From: Octopus sinensis | Lineage: Eukaryota | Direction: 5' to 3' | NCBI RefSeq assembly: GCF_006345805.1 | Contig: NC_042998.1 | Span: 110,050,001-110,114,000, forward strand | Length of the DNA stretch: 64,000 nucleotides | Shown: one piece after another, positions 11,531-27,685 of the stretch | Layout of the letters: each line of letters opens with the position of its first letter | Position numbering within the stretch: position 1 is the stretch's first letter | Notes under the pieces: generated by a model | The model's input: the letters and a program-made list of their open reading frames with translations, nothing else | Database searches by the model: none | Told to the model about the DNA's origin: nothing | Program-made: the position numbers and the translations under genes

Positions 11531-12679
11531 ATCTTTTTTATCAGTTCCACATTATCACTATCATCATAATATCTGACAGAAAAACAAATGAAATATAGAA
11601 GATGACAGCTCAGTGCAATTTCATGGGAGATAACAAAAAAACAAAACAATGGTCAAGCTTTTTCATTAATTTGGATTCATTAATTGGAACAGTAAGCTAA
11701 TGAATTGAATATTAATGAGGATATTTTCAAGAAGTGCCTATATGTTCATAAAGGTTTACTCGTGCCTTAAACTGATAGTTTGTATAAAGTCAGTGATATA
11801 TATAAAGACACATAGTATATATATATTAATATAACTAAATGTATAGTCTACCTACCAATACACATATTCAAATGTTTTTGTCGAAATATATATATATAAG
11901 ATCTTGAAACTGAGGTATTCTTCGAGTTGAATAAATATAGAGTAATTTAAAGCTTCTGTAACATATACTCAAATTTGGTTAACAGGCGTATATAAGTAAA
12001 ACCTTCAATATAAACAATATAATTCACATAATATAACTCCTATGCGATCTTTGCTTACAGTATATTACAGTCTGTTTACAGATTTGTTTCTTTTGTCGAT
12101 TCTATTGTGAAGAGTTTTTCTTTTCTATAAATCACATTTTAATTTACTAGCATTGCATTATCTACCAATGAATTAGATTTACTTAATACAATTCCCATAC
12201 ATATATATCCGTTATCGCCAGATCATATCACAGAAATTTTCATGCGCGAGCATATAAAAACTATACCGTTAGCAGAAACTGATTTTCAACACAATACTTG
12301 GAATACTGCATTGAACTATTCTTAATAACACTTTAGTATAAAAAAACCTAAAGGAAGATTCCTATTCTATTTTTCGCGGCAGCAGCAAATAACCCTAGTC
12401 AATGTGATTTACAGAATATTGGTATGATCAATTAAATTCAGATCAAAATTTCGATTCACTAGATATTTCATTCGAAGAGAATTATCTGTAACAGCTATGA
12501 TTATTTTCATTGTATGCAGTTGTGTGCGCGTTTAATATAATTGTAATATTCAAAGTGAAAATGAAAATCTCAGTTTTGACTCCCTTCAATTCAAAAGAGA
12601 ATCTCAGCAAATTTGACGATAAGAATTTGAACTGATATGCATTACTGATATACATGCAAAAATGCATGCTAGCCTATGT

Positions 12680-12846
12680 ATGTATGTATGTATGTATGTA
12701 TGTATGTATGTATGTATGTATGTATCCTTAAATCCTTAAAAATGTTATAGCCCGAAGGCCGCGGCCATGCTGGGGCACCACTGCTATATGTATGTATGTA
12801 TGTACGTATGTATTTATGTATACACGTATGTACGCATGAATGCATG

Positions 12847-12898
<52 letters not shown>

Positions 12899-12946
12899 TA
12901 TATATGCATATATATAGATGTATATATATGCATATATATATATATA

Positions 12947-12990
<44 letters not shown>

Positions 12991-13030
12991 ATATATGCAT
13001 ATATATATATATATACGTATATATATATAC

Positions 13031-13087
<57 letters not shown>

Positions 13088-13135
13088 TATATATATATAT
13101 ATCATATATATATATACATGGATAGATATAGATAG
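12680..13135. repeat. (TATG)n and (TA)n microsatellites
   Basis: Direct inspection. Confidence 0.95.
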
Positions 13136-15616
13136 ATAAAGTGGGTGAAAGAGGAGAGAGAATAATAGAAAAAGATTAATGGATACTTGTCTAAACATTA
13201 CTATTCTCAAACATTCTTATATAAATACAAGTGATTTGTCGGCTCCTTTTGCAATTAACATTACTGGAGTCGCTAACCTGGATACAAGGATCACTGGAGA
13301 ATAAATAAATCTAAAGGCTAAAGGTGACTTTAAATCATTCGAAATCCTGGAAAGTGTTCAGCGAATGACTAAAGTGCATAAACTAGCGAAAGAATTCTAT
13401 TAAATCCCTTTCTCAGTTATTACAGCTTTCTATCGCCAATTCTCCATTATTTCGCGGTTTCCTGTAAGAAGATTTCACATCCAATTTGTCAAGTTTGGTT
13501 GAGAATTTCTAATTATTTATCAGTTTATATTATGCCGTACACTTTCCGTAATATCAATAATGTCAGGCTTGGATCAAGCAGAAGATTAACGATGCGTTTC
13601 TAAAATGGATCCATTCATACTCAATTTATCGATTACCAGAAATACTTTGCTGGAAATTCTTGAGAAAATAGCATCAGTGATTTACATGAAAGCAAAGATA
13701 AAGTTGCTAGAAAAAGAGAAAACACTACTTAATACAGGGGAACTGAACTTTAACTTTTTCACTAATGCAACGTTGCATTTCAATACACATTTATGTAGGG
13801 CTTTAATTTTAATATTGATCTTATTTTCAGGCAAATTCTCTACGTTTATTGGCAATAAACTATTTAAAATTGTGTTAAAGTGAAGTCTTCAAGCTGTTTC
13901 CGAGGTTACTAACAATAAACCCCCTGAAATCCTCTTCAAAATTACGGCTTACTATACATTCACTCTAAAGCACAGACGAGCTAGTCATAAATGGAATAGG
14001 GCCATTCATAGTCCTATACATAATAAGGGCTGACCTAAGGTTAAGCAATAACAACACAATCAATACCACTGTTGTATCTGTGTATTGGTACGCAGTAAAA
14101 AATTGATTTGGACTGAAAAGCATTCAATATGGATAATTTATGGAAGACTAAAGGAGCAACAAATACAAATTTATAAACGTAGTTCTTGACATTTTCATCC
14201 TATCCAACCCAACCTTGAGTACACAAAACCTGTTTCTATATTATGTTATTTAACTTGATGTAAAAGGACCCACTGTACTTATAGACGACTCTTTAGAATG
14301 TTTTTGTTTCTGTGTCTACGAGAAAGAACTCCGTACATTAGCATCGAAAGACTGCTATTACAAGCAAAAAAGAGAGCTTCCACTTGGTCACACAACCTAT
14401 TAGAAATAGCAACCAATTCTCCTTCAATTAATAAATTACCATCTTAGAAGAAGACACACAGGAGAATCTAGTGCTATAGTAAGGACGGATGGTCATGGAA
14501 GGAATAATTCTTTAAATACGTCTTGTGAATCAAGGCTTACCTGGAGTTAAACAGGTATCAGTGCTATTTTAAATACGGGCCATATACATGTAAATACAGC
14601 CCAACGTTTGGAGACTACCTAAAACAGATAAACAGATACAGGGGATATCTAGTTCTTACACAAGATATTATATGTTGTTGCTGTTGTATCATCATCGCCG
14701 TCGTCGTGGTCCTCCTCTCCTCCTCCTCCTCCTCATCATCATCATCATCAACATCATCAACATCATCATTATCATTATCATCATCTCGGTTTGCGGCAAA
14801 ATGAGATATTTGACTCCATAATACGAATCTATGTTATTGAACATACTAAATATTAATTTTCATTAAGGTATTAATTTAGGAGTTTTCCTTCTCCTAGATT
14901 AATTGCTTCCACCGCAGCCAAGAAATTCAATTTACCCTTACAAAAATTTGTTTTACCCATAGTGGAACTCTGACAGGCACTACAATAGTGATGATTAAGA
15001 GTTCACTCCATGCTCCCTACGTGAAAAGAAATTGACTGATCGAGCACGAGATGGTCTAAGTCCGATCGAGCAGACGTATGACACATTTTTCTGTTGAAAC
15101 CACCCAGTGTTTGTGATATTTTCGAACGGTTATAGGTTGATATTTGATGGAAATTTGATTTCTTTACTCAGTTGTTTTCTAATAATGCAAAATTATCATA
15201 CAGACCGTGTCTAGGCTAAGATACATACCGTGTCTAATTGGAGCAATTCATTTACAAGCGATCGGTTAAACTGTGTATGACATCAAATCTTCAAGATGAT
15301 CATCAGTAAAAAAAAAAACACCAGTAAAAACAACAATAATAATAACTGTAATCAGTGCAGCTGTAGTTTAAGCCTTTCTTTTTACAATTCCTTCCTAATA
15401 TCAAGTAACAAGTGTTCACTGGGTTATATTAGTCATAGATTCTCCTCTGAGCACTTTGTATAAGAAACTAAGCTGAACAAAAAAGATAACTCATATTGTA
15501 AGAATTAATCACTTTATCAAGTGTCTATGGAAAGTGTGTTTTATAACTTAGAAACATAATTACGGAGAAGTACTTGCATAGCAAGTGACCTGATCTGGGA
15601 TCGTGTACTCGAACAA

Positions 15617-15873
15617 AACAATTGCAGCGTGGAAGGTGTTTATAAGCCATTTAAGAAACTCACAAAACCGTTAGATTCACTTCAACATTTAAAGTTAAGT
15701 TGCCAAAAATGTTTCTCGCTTTGAGACCGCGACCTGTTCACTGACAAAATTCCGTGCTGCATCTCAGAGCGACGAAAATATTTTGGCAAATTGAATTTAA
15801 ATGTTGAAGTGAATCTAACTGTTTCTGTGAGTTTCTTAAATGGCTTATAAACACCTTACACGCTGCAATTGTT
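15617..15873. mobile_element. Foldback MITE with about 110-bp inverted arms
   Basis: AACAATTGCAGCGTG...TTTGAGA (15617-15726) matches the reverse complement of 15762-15873 with few mismatches; 35-bp spacer. Confidence 0.85.
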
Positions 15874-18800
15874 AGAAACATAGCTGCTACAGTAAATGAA
15901 GCTCATTGTGACTAAGAATATTGAATTGTAATTTTGTAATTCTTCCTATGTAATTTTGATGGGGAGAGAATATTCTGAAATGAATCATTGGCAAATCGCA
16001 TTCAGTCCATATGAAGAGTTAAGAAAGAAATATTAATTAATCACACTTTTCTTAACTAGCTGCTTTCTGGTAAAACCTTACAAGTGTGTCCAAGGAACAA
16101 GTATGTACTTCCCTATCTGAAAGCCCTATATGCATGCCAATGTCTTAACATTTACATTGGATAATCTCATCACTTATTGGTAGAACTGACATTCGTGATG
16201 ATATTTAATTCTAGGTCATTCTTATTGAGAAGATGGTCAAATTTGTTCAGCTATAAGTATCCGGATTTTGTTTGAGATATCCTGTGCGTATCCATCTTAA
16301 CATGAACTCTCTGTTTTAAGAGAATACGATGCGATTTGAAGTAGATCCAATTGCAATTCCTTGCAGATCGAGCGACTATGCAGAGATTCGCTAGTTGACA
16401 TAAATGTAGTCTTATTACTTTCAGAATTAATAGTGAGATGAAAACCGTCACATCTCACTTAGTATTCTTTTATATCTGGGGTCTGTAAAGAATACTCCAA
16501 TTCATATATCATAAAATAAGATGTGAAAGACACTAATAATGGTTAGCAATTTGCCATACTATATTCCTTAAAATATTCATCATTTTGTCTACATATTAAC
16601 ACCTAAGTGTTTACAGTTTTATTTCTTGGGAAAAATAATGTAGTTGGTTTATATTAATCACTAAAAGATATGCTACATATATTGAGTATATTCTAAAAAC
16701 AATACTTGAAGTTTATTTGTAGTTTATAAGATGAAGATAGCTAAGATAGTGTAAACCACATATTTGTTTAAAAAGTAGTTGATAGCTATGGTATGTTATA
16801 GATTAGCTAAATGAAGAATATGTGTTTAGTTGGCACATTCTATGTGCGTTTTAAGTATACTTTTGTTCTGCCTGAATCTTATACATGTATTACTCTAATA
16901 GAAGATAATCTTTACTGGTAGACGCACATTGAACCAATAGTAATAAGTAATAATTAGTGAATAAATCTATTTCACTAGAAAAGCTATTAAAGGAACACTT
17001 CAAAGAAAGGACACATTATTTCAAGAATTTTCTAATAAAGGTTTTCGCTTCGTCGTCAAAACAATTTATTTCCTTCCGCTGAAAAGACAGTGACTCCATT
17101 TTCTATCGCTGCAGGTTAATCCTAAATACAAACATCCATTTTCATTCTCGTAAATATTGTGGTGTCACTAAAATTGCTGCTTAGTTCTTGCGTCTGTTAC
17201 CTAAATTATACATATCTTAAAATAACCATTACAATGTATTGCTGAAATATACATTGAAAAACGTAAAATAGTCATCTGCAATCACCAGTAGTTAAGGAAA
17301 TATCTATAATAAGGATGATGATATTACTGCCAATCCCAGAGGGACATTTGAAACTTTCGTTGATCGAAACAATAGCAGATATTAAACGAATTATTTTACA
17401 TAGGCAATAGTTACTGGTGCGAGGCTTTAGGTCATTTCTGTCACCGTACATCACGTCCTAATATATTTAGCTTCAACCACGTATGTAAGTTTCTAAACAT
17501 TAACTGATAGTTTCGACTATCTTATTGTTTGATACAGTTTTTAACTCTTTAACACTAGACATATTGATCGCACACATCTAACGCACTGCACACGGCGCTA
17601 TGTGTGAGAGAACTGTGAAATATTTCAAGAAAACTGCTAATAATTGAAAGTGTAAGGCTTCAAGAGTATTCTGTGTGCATGGTTAATTATGTCACGTTAC
17701 TCTCCACAATTAATTATAAATTAGAGTATACTTCAGTATCTCAGTAAACTGGTGTAGGTCTGTACCGATAACAATGAAAATAAAAAGTTTATTATTGTCA
17801 ATATATTTGTTTTGCGCTGAAGCAGTACTTCCACTATAAAATCATGGATATTTACCCTAGTTGACTTATATATACCGAATGCTATTCACATATGTTCTCC
17901 ATTATTCTTTTCAGTTGAGATTTGTCGCTGTTCGTTCAAAAAAGTAAACTATAGCATATTATTTTAGTACTTATATATCGCTACGAATATATGCGTAAAG
18001 CTTTGAATAACTTGCTATGAAGTCAGACAATTAGTAAATATTTCATAAAGGAAATGAGAACAGATTCTTATTTCATATTCAGTAAAATGGTTATATTTTC
18101 CTTATATAAATTGTACACTGATACATTGATGTATTAGTTCTATGAGAGAGAGATATTAGCTATATTAGTGGTTATATCTAAGCAAAACTATAATCACTTA
18201 ATATCGTTGATATTACTTCTGGTCTCGCGATTAATGCAGTCCTTTAAATTGTAATTTAATAAAGTATCAAAGGCTTTGATTTTGTCGAGATCCTTTATAG
18301 TAAATCGTTATCGATTGCTATCTTCGTCGTTTTGATCAAGAGTTGCATTCCGTTATAAGAATACTAAAGGTGTGAATATATGTGTGCTTCATATGCGATT
18401 TTATATTTCTTACATACACACATACACACAGACACACACACACACATACACACACACACATACACACACACACACGCACACACACATATATATATATATT
18501 TACTAGAGTTATGTGCGTGTATACATGCTCGTGATCACTACTTGCTTCGTGTACTCGTAACTATGCAGACAAGTATGGCAATCTAATGACGGATGTACGT
18601 GTATCTATCTGACCAGGGACTTATACAAGCATGTGTATCTCTGTGTGTTCCTGAGTATGATAACATGAAGACATGAATTCTATTTCCTATCCGTTGATTT
18701 CATTTCCTTTTTCTTAAGCACTCGCTTCGATCAAAGGAATTGCTGTTGCCAACAATGTAAACCATTCCTTAAGCGACACGATGTTACGTCCATTTTTCCA

Positions 18801-21724
18801 TACACCTCTCAGTTATCAATCCAATCAATATATTTTCATGTCATACGCAAAGTTTCCTTTGATAAATCATTCATATTTCATTTTGTTTGCCAACGATTTT
18901 GCTCACAAAAATACTTAAGAATGTGATATAATTGGATCATGTCATCATTAACATAGGTTTTCTAAAAAGGCTTATGAACATGAACATATTACCAATATGT
19001 TCACATCATATGAATTATCAATAACACTTGCTTTGCAACAATATTTAATGTTTCCTAATATGTTTTGGTAAAGCTAACATTATGGAAGTTGCTATATGAA
19101 TTCATAAATTGTTAATTGAAAAATGGCTTCAGCCTCATGACTCATATATTGTATAATGGATAGCATGTAAACCACTATAAGCTTTTTTCCCTCTATACTT
19201 AAAATACACCTTAGGAGGGTTATGATTTTGAGCAGCGGAAATCAGGCTTAGGGATGAGTGAGCCGGCGTCATTTCGCCGAACAAATTACATACAAATAAA
19301 TAAAATTATTGAGACATTTATGATATTGTGGGTATTTGTATTTCCATATGACTGGATATACTACAAACAGTGTCTGAAGTATAACCGGAAGAACGTGCAT
19401 TATGCTCAGCATAGGCATAATTAGTGGATCTCTTAGAATTTATACGTAATTTAGGAACAGAATATTTGCTTCTAAACCGAAATACCGTATCTAAAAACAT
19501 GAAGAAAAGCTAGACATGTACGCACATAAGCATGTGTATAGTATTTACACGCACACATAAGTGCATATATATTTACATGTATGTATATTGTATACATATG
19601 CATGTGTATATGTATTTATGTATGTATGTATGTATGTATGTATGTACGAAGGTATGTATGTATGTATGTAAGTACGTACGTAAGTATGTACGTACGTATG
19701 TATATGTGTGTGTGTATGCATGAAGTTTAACACTCCGTCCTAAAACTGAGTTACAGGAATTGTGATCGCAGTTTCCAATAACCTAATTCAGTTATACTAC
19801 ATATTTTGAATACTATTTATCTCTCACTGATATGTTTCAATATATATATATGAAAGTGTGTATGTGAGTGTGTGTGTCTGAGTGTGTGCATAAAGAGAGA
19901 TGTTTATACATGCATACATACATACGTATATATGTATTGTATGTATGTATGTATGTATGTATGTATGTATGTATGTATGTATGTATGTATGTATGCATGT
20001 ATGTTAACGGAGACAAAAACAGGTAAGAACAGTAATAAATCTTGCTAAATATCTTAAGACTGTTGGAACGTATATTTAGATAAATTCTTATCGAAAATAT
20101 TGGACCACAGATAATCACCAGATGAAACACTAACATCATTTGTTTACTTCATTAGGTTAAATCAAAGCTGACAAACAGCCACAAATATAATTTTCCCTTC
20201 CGACTGATTCTCGTTTCTGATCATATTTTTAGTTGCTCTTCAAATGTATTCAGAAGACGATAAGCTATTAAACAGATCTTCATTGCTTACAAATGTGAGT
20301 ATACTAAAATAGGAAAGTAAAAAAAAAAAAATAACGAATACATAAAAGTGATTGAATGATAATGATGAACTACAGGGAAATTTTCAATTATATTTTAACC
20401 CTTTAGTATCCAGCAGCTGATACTTACTCAACAGAACTTCAAGAGTAAATTGCCATTCCAAGTAAAATGTTACGTTTTTTCTCTCTTCTTTTTCTTTTAT
20501 TAATCGAGGTTAAAATGTATCAGTCTGAAGTACATCAATATAATTCTGACCAGGTTGTTACCATTCTATAGTGGACATTTTGGTAGAGATTCAAAATTTG
20601 TTTGATTATATTATTTCATCGCAGCATGGATTGGAATGAATATATCGCTACCAGAAAGATATAATTTCAGAATGAAGAAAACATGTACGTTGCAATACTT
20701 GTGTTTACTGTGGTTGCTCTTTAAGCTAAGAATGAAGCTGATTGAGATCATCTGTATTAAAAAAAAATTCTAGCCGTTGTAATTTTGTGGACTGTGCATT
20801 TAGCATCATTGTTCAATTTCATTTTCTTTTTATTTATGACAGTTGGTTGTGATACTAATTACATTGCAGTTTAATATTTCTAGCAGGTCAAGCAACCACA
20901 TTGGTACGCTCTTGTAGACATCAATGCTGTATGCTATTTTGTATGACGTTCCTAAGAATATACTGCGTTTTGATAAAACACTCAGGCAAACTTATTGAGA
21001 TAAAAATCAGCTCACTTCGTCGATCGGCAATGTAGATAAACACCTATTTTAATAAAATGAATTGGACAAATATCAGCAACACTACACGTAATTTTCGATA
21101 AAGAACGCAGCTGCATTTAATGCCTTTGAATATAATTTCTCTTGGTCTTCTTATATTTCTAATTGATTTTTTTTTACGATAAATTGGTTTTCAGATCTCT
21201 AGATTCAAGTGTTTTATTCGATGATTGTACGATGAAATATCATCTGTGATTTTCTTAATACGAAATTGGCGATTATTGCATGATTGCATTTCATTTATTT
21301 AACTCAATCTCTTCTATATTAGTCTGATTTGCTTAAATGATGCCATCTTCGAACAATTGTACTTTTTCATTTATCCTTCATTACATTTTATTTGCAGCTT
21401 CACTCAACAACACACATTTATGCACTTAATGTCCACACACGCATACACACACACACACACACACATACATGCAAGACTATTCCACCTGGATAATTTTCTT
21501 GACAAAAAAAAAATCAAAGGTTATAATATGATTAGAAAAAAGGATTGGTTGAACTGGCCAACTTATCAATAACAAGCATCAAACGTCTATAAACCAGTTT
21601 CGATTTAGGTTTTAGTGAAAAGCTAAGTTTCTATATAAACAATATATTTTCATTTAGTCAATGAAGTAAACGAAAACTTGGAATGACGAAACAAGAGATG
21701 ATATCGTCCTTTTCTTCATCTGCT

Positions 21725-21849
21725 ATGTACACCTCCAACTACTCACCACCAACATCATTACCATCATCATCAGCACCACCATCAGCATGGCCACCATGAA
21801 AACACCACCACAAACACTTCTTCTTGTTCTTGTTCTTGTTCTGCTGCTG

Positions 21850-21902
<53 letters not shown>

Positions 21903-21955
21903 ACTACTACTACTAACTACTACTACTACTACTACTGCTACTATTATCATCATAT
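21725..21955. repeat. Compound trinucleotide repeat (CAC/CAT/CTT/CTG/CTA)
   Basis: Direct inspection; gives the poly-Leu/Ser/Thr ORFs. Confidence 0.9.
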
Positions 21956-22579
21956 TCATTGAATCACAGATCGATAATAAGATAACATGTTCAAGTTGAA
22001 GATGACAGAATTGCTCAACTTTTTTATTGTTTCATTTCATAGACTGGTTTACTAGAGATCTCATTCACAGTCTTATGATTTTACTAATTATAAAAATTTC
22101 ACTAATTATAAAAATCGGATTACGTGTGTGGTATTACTGAACACATTTTAAGGACTTTACTTGATAGTCTTGCTCATAGTATATATCTAATAAATGTATG
22201 CATATTTAGATGTGTATATATGTGCGCGGACCCACGCACATATATACAAATAGTAAACCACGTATATGAACGTGATTTACTATTTGTATACTTCCTTATG
22301 CCTTTTTTCTGTATTGTTATCCTTAACCCTATCTTTTTTCGTGCTAGTGCGTAGGTAGACGTATGTATGAACTTTTACGGTGCGCGTGTGTGTGTATGAG
22401 TTTGTATATATATATGCATATACATTTGGCGAAAAATGCGAGTGAAGATGTGTACGTTTTCCTAGTGATGTATACGTACGCACGTGTACGTATGAACAGG
22501 CATGCTTACGTATTTACTATGACCTTTTAACCTTATCTTAATTAGCCGTCATTCGAATTAGCGCTTTTGTATAAGTAGC

Positions 22580-22745
22580 AGACTATAACATAGTAATTTC
22601 CCTTTGTATAACGGTCTTTTTTCATAGCGTTTTTCAGATGGCCAAATAATCAAAGAGATGGTGGTGTGGATTTCCACCTCGGCATCCGAAACTCAGTGTT
22701 CTATCTTGGCTACCGAATAATTGTCACATATTATTTTACAGATAA
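22580..22745. mobile_element. Half copy of the palindromic MITE at 61301-61599
   Basis: CATAGCGTTTTTCAGATGGCC...ATTATTTTACAGAT is nearly identical to 61481-61599 and is preceded by the reverse complement of that element's spacer. Confidence 0.8.
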
Positions 22746-22749
22746 ATTT

Positions 22750-22780
<31 letters not shown>

Positions 22781-23402
22781 TCCTATTATGCATGGATCGC
22801 TGAAATCTACAAGTTTCTTTCATTCTCTCTGTTTATTTTTCCTTAATCCTTTCTGTTGCAGCTTGGGAAGAAATTTTGTCCATGTAAACACACATAGCTC
22901 GATATTTTTGGTCTGTATGTCTGTTCATCAAAGCCTTAACCTTGTTTAGAAACATCTTTCTCTTCACAATCGGCAAATGCAGACAAGTTAACCACTATGA
23001 ATCGACATTTCAAAAACAAATTAATGACTTTATAATAATTTTGCAAAATAAGCAAAAATCTGTATGTATTATTTAATATTGTTTTTGTTTTGAAGATATT
23101 TTCAATTTTCAGTTTCTAATTTCGTTATAATAGCTAATTGAAATACTTTCATTCACACATTCATACAAGTGCACGCGCACACATATATGTGCATGTAAGT
23201 ATACATATTTATTCGCTAATTGACATAATTATTATCTTGTGTTATTATATTTGTTTTAATAGCAGAGTAATTTTTCGACATATTAACACACTACGTTGCT
23301 GCATTAAACTGGAAATGATGGAATAATTCATGGAAAGGTAATTTCCAACTTATTCGTGCATCATTGGCAAATTCCCAGATATGCAAATACGCACGTTTTT
23401 CT

Positions 23403-24085
<683 letters not shown>

Positions 24086-24559
24086 CACGTATGTATATAC
24101 AGATATATGAAAGTAACATATGCGGTTTAGAGCGAAAATTATATGGTGGAGGAGGGTTTTCATTTAATTCAAAATGCATGCCAGTTCGAACGTTACAATT
24201 TTCGTCTGCCTTTAAATTCCGCCAAGGTCAACTTTGTTTTCATCCTTTCATGGTCGATAAAATAAGTTGAGCGCTGGTATATATATAATTGACTTACACC
24301 TTCCTTCGAAATTGCTGGCTTTGTGCTAAACTTCGAAACCAAATGTTTGTTAATCCTTCCGTCGTAATTCATTGAAGAACATTTTATTCCGAATGAAATG
24401 ATATTTATCTCAAGTCAAAATTTCACTAGTAGAAAAGTCGCTTCATATCACATAGAACATCTAATGACAACGGTCAATTTCTCGACTGCTGTTAAGTTAG
24501 CTTACTGGAATAGTATAGAATATGAACAATTGAAAATGTATTCCGAATGAAATGCTTCG

Positions 24560-26280
24560 AGAAAAGCTTATTTATTTGCAGATACCCACAAGAAGACAGA
24601 CTCTACGTAACCAATGCCGGAACTATACAACTCTTAAACACTATCTGGAAGGCACTAAAGAAATAAAGTAAGATTAAACAATTCAAAAACGCGTTCTTGA
24701 ATAAGGAAAAGAATAAGATTATTTATCTATGGAAAACTATCAGTGATGTGGCGATAATTATTAAATATAAATAAATAAATCGCTACATTTCTCAACAACA
24801 AAACATTTTAAAATACATTTTAATATAAATTGATTTCCCTCAAACATTAGTTTAATGAAAAATACCAATATTAGAAGAGATTTACTGGAAGAAAATCAAT
24901 AAATCTATTTGAAATTAATCAGAAGTTAAGATACAGATGAAGGGACATTCAATAAATATCACATAGCCTCCCTCACAGGAAAATATAGATTCATTCTCGA
25001 AGAAAATCTAAAGTAATAAAAATTAAATAAATCAGTGGATAGTATGTCTATTACGAACCTAGAAATATATTCCAAGTAGTATATCAAAAGCAATATCTTT
25101 CAGACTGTGATAGTAAAAAAACCTTAAAATAAGGAACATGCCAGGAAGACTTTATCATCGACGTCTGTATAACTAAAAATGATTTTCTGCTTTATGTTAT
25201 GGACGTTTACTTGCAAGCTGATAGAAATTCATAGAATAACAGCAAATATTCAAAAGTGAAAGAGCATCCGGTTAACTATATGTTAGTATTTAGGTATCAG
25301 TTAAATGAAGATGTCGTGATAGACAAAGAATCAACTGAGAAGAAAGGAGACCGGAAATAAAAGACTGGAGGAACTTTTGAACAACAAAATTTGTCGCAGT
25401 AGCGATGGAATAAGGATATTCTCATGATTATGGTTGGATTAAAAGGAGGAATTCGATTTTATTCCTTTTTCATAAATGTTACAAACCCCTTGACTATGTA
25501 AAGTTTTAGAGACCATTATTAGTCCATGACGGTCTGGCTTCGTTCTGGATCATGATCCAAAGAGCAAATATAATATCCGAGAAGTTATTTCCAATATCTA
25601 CTTTTTAAAGTATTCTGTGGCAGTTGACTAGGGATACACATACAATGAATTTACGCATCGTTGATGTAACCTAGATAATTAGATTGTCTGCCTTTAGATC
25701 TCTCATTAAGGATTATATTTTTGCTACCCAGAAAATAGTTAAGATATTTGACACAGAAATGAGAGGGAGATCATTCTAATGCGATAAATGATGCAAACAT
25801 TATAGAATTAAAACCAGAAATTTAATTCTTAAATTTCTTGAGTACCTATCAAACATGTCATCACGTTATCTACTCATTGGCACGATATAGTGGATAAACA
25901 TTTTACACTGAAACCCGCAGAAAAAATAGTTCTGAAGAAGCAATGTAAAATATTATAGTGATGTGTATAGCATATACCTCCATAAGAGAAAAGAATACAA
26001 GGACAATGTTTCGAACAAAAATCTGCGTACAAAGTAGGCGTAACAGACCAGACGTAATTATCAAAGACAGATAAAAGAAAATCGCCACATTTGTATTAAA
26101 CAGTTTTTAGCAGACGTTAATGTGATTGTAGAGATAATGGAAAAAGGTATCAACTATGTCGAACTAAAGATAAATCCATGGCGACTAAGCTCCGATTATA
26201 CTTGCATGAATACTGTTAATACTGAGGCAATGGGTTAAGAAATTACAATTACAACTGTGATATATTGAAGACATTGAATA
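24560..26280 (+). mobile_element. Old, heavily degenerate R4/Dong-like RLE LINE
   Basis: Remnant motifs across frames: RNY..LLNTIWK (RT start), MSSRY..HWHDIVDK-like (after the zinc knuckle) and RPDVIIKD (RLE endonuclease PD motif). Confidence 0.5.
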
Positions 26281-27685
26281 AGTTTAGTCTCTCGAACACT
26301 ATTCATACATAGAGCTATACAGAGATGTGTATATTTGTACATACTTAAGTAAAAACATACAGAGTCACATATGCAACGAAATGCGAGCATGCAACATACA
26401 TATACATATTCATATATGATTGTCTAATTCATGATGATTAATTTCCTAGTAAAAGAACTTTGTTTTTTCCAGTAGTGTAAACTGACCCTCTTTGTATTGA
26501 CGAGGGAATTAAATCAGAAAATGACTATATGTATATACGGTTGTGATCATGTGTGCACAGTTGTGATCCTGTGTACCAAATGCATGCATGCATGCATACA
26601 TAGTTCATAAATAGATCCATACATGCAAGTACCAGATGAACGATTTAGAAAAACGTATTAGGCATACAGATTGTATTAATTGGCAAAGTTTTCCCTAAAA
26701 ATTTATAGAATACCCATTACACGATATTGAGTAACTGTGCGGATATTAGAGTTATTTCTGGGACCAGTTGAATATTTTACCTTATTATCTACTTTAAATG
26801 GTTGACGGGATATTTCCACCTAAACATAAACCGTTTTAAATGGATAAAATATCTTGGAATATAATTATAAATTGAAAACTTTACGTTGTTAATGTGTCGT
26901 TCGTTTGTAAATTTACGCATATATTTACATACTGCACATAAATATAAAGTCTTAAATTTAGTTTCTGTCAGACAGTGAAATATCCTACCAAGACTTAATC
27001 GGTTTCATTATCATTATTGATTCCTGGTGAATAATTTAAACCCTGTCGCAAGATAAAGTATTCTCTTTATTCTATAGCTCTTTTGGCTCTGTCGAGCAAA
27101 TAACAGATATTTGTTTTTAACTAGACATTAAACTACTAGAACGGATAAGTTTGCTCGCATATTAACAGCGTTCATTATTGTGCTTCGATCTGTTAAGTGG
27201 TTCAAAGTTGTCAAGCAATATTTTATTGTTGTTAGGATTTCAAATGGTTATCTTACAAATGTGATTGAGCACTGGAGAGACGTTGCTATGCATCTTTTAC
27301 TAGATTTACGAAGTGCGCTGTCAAACGTTTCAATAGATAAATATATCTTACTAGAAATTTAAATTCATAGTCGACAGACGTGGTTATTTATTTTATTCTA
27401 TATCTGTAATTAAAATATATTGCCTACTTTCCACTTAATTTCCATGAAAATAGTAAAAATGATAATGGTAGCAATCATTGTTTCAAATTTTTGCTGAAAA
27501 CGGGCAATTTTAGGACCAACGGATTGCTAATACATCGACTCTACTATTGGACTGGTATTTATTTTCTTGGACCCCAAACTGAGAAAGTAAAGAGCCTGAA
27601 CAAATAACGTAAAACATTTTTTGACACACGAACGATTCTGTGAGTACGTTGTCTTTCTGCCATCTCGCAACACTTAATATCATTA

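Noticed and set aside
13340-13375. ILESVQRMTK resembling the CR1/L2 LERVQRRATK motif
   Set aside because: Only about 10 residues match and the flanks show no further LINE motifs.
14541-14618. Minus-strand exon-like segment with strong acceptor and donor
   Set aside because: Stops in all three frames, and the donor lies within a dispersed repeat also seen near 14025 and 60750.
24582-24667. Plus-strand exon-like segment (TTTGCAG ... GTAAGA)
   Set aside because: Better explained as the start of the degenerate R4/Dong RT (RNY..LLNTIWK).
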